64,000 nucleotides of DNA from contig JAQFVV010000011.1 of assembly GCA_028023455.1 (NCBI GenBank), positions 1,116,001-1,180,000 of the forward strand, given 5' to 3'. This DNA comes from Epiperipatus broadwayi (lineage: Eukaryota > Animalia > Onychophora). Position numbers and translations under genes: made by a program. This document shows, in pieces, positions 63,060 to 64,000 of this stretch; within the stretch, counting starts at the first letter, position 1; every line of letters begins with the position of its first letter. A model generated the notes under the pieces. It searched no databases, was not told the DNA's origin, and saw only the letters and a program-made list of their open reading frames with translations.

Positions 63060-64000
63060 TTATGGTTTTTACTCTAGGTAGTTGATCACTAAAAGTAAAG
63101 GTTACTAAGAATCTTTTGATTGTGGACTCAGGCTAACATTTGATGATGACTTTTTATAAATACAGATCACTTTCAAATAAAAAAAGATTACTTAAATTGA
63201 AAGAACTGTCTAATATTAAATGAGATGTTGTTGGAGATTGTGAAGTTAGAAAAAAAAGAAGAAGAAATAATTGATGTGAAAAGTGGACGTGTATATAGGA
63301 TTCAAATAGTGGAAGCATATTAAAAGTAAAAAATAGAAGAACACTGTTGTAGATATTGATAATATATCAAACAGAGTAGCAAGATTAGTTATTCAAATTA
63401 ATTAAAAATGCTAAATACAGATAACTCAGGTTTATGCTTCAAGTTATCATTGTGATGGAGAAGTAAATGATTTTTATATGGATAGGAAAAATGCTTTTGG
63501 TCAGACTAAGCAGATTTTAAAATTGTTTTGAGATACTTTAATGGTATATTTAGAAAATGATTGAAAGATAAAAGTATAATGAGTAAATTTGGCTTTGGCA
63601 ATAGAAATGATGAAGAGTCATTGGGAAGTTTTACAAAAAAGAAAAACTGTATATTATGAATTATTTTTTTGAGAAAAATGCTAAATGGAAATAGATATAG
63701 AAGCATTGAACTGAAGATACAATAGGAATATATTTTGACTAATAGAAATATGTATTTGAAGATTGTAATGTTTTTAATAGATTCAACACAGAAATTGATC
63801 ATCATTGATGTAAGATATATGATAATGCAAAATTAGAAAGATAAAAATTACTGAAAAAGATATCGACAAATGATATTTCTAATCTTCAGAAGTATGACAA
63901 TGAATTTAAATTAGGACTTGCCAAACATTTTAAAATATTAATAGTCTTTGAAGATGATTCATATTTAACTGACATCAAAAAAATAGCTGTAGTCTACTAA
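63060..64000 (+). pseudogene. Decayed RTE-type LINE 5' part (APE endonuclease), runs off the window
   Basis: ELSNIK*DVVGDCEVRKK, QVYASSYHCDGEVNDFY and E.D.ILTN-like remnants. Homologous to 43100-43620. Confidence 0.75.

Overview
Very AT-rich, repeat-dense eukaryotic (metazoan, probably arthropod-like) intergenic or intronic DNA. No intact host gene can be supported. All recognisable protein-coding signal comes from decayed transposons: two Ty3/gypsy LTR elements, several RTE-type LINEs, an RLE-type LINE fragment, a Buster/Charlie hAT transposase and two Penelope-like (RT + GIY-YIG) remnants. There are also tRNA-derived SINEs, MITEs and an (AAC)n(AAT)n microsatellite. The most striking signal is that the two dominant short repeat families, which look like MITEs at first, carry minimal type I hammerhead ribozymes (CUGANGA...GAAA core, palindromic helix III, helix I/II with compensatory changes between copies). 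They occur as ~390-440 nt head-to-tail units with a ribozyme in each, which is retrozyme-like. They also insert with a stereotyped fold-back geometry: an antisense arm ending at a fixed point, a sense arm ending ~50 nt further on, and 12-16 bp target-site duplications. This suggests non-autonomous ribozyme retroelements mobilised by Penelope-like machinery. Structures and coordinates were read by eye. Ribozyme activity and family assignments are untested.
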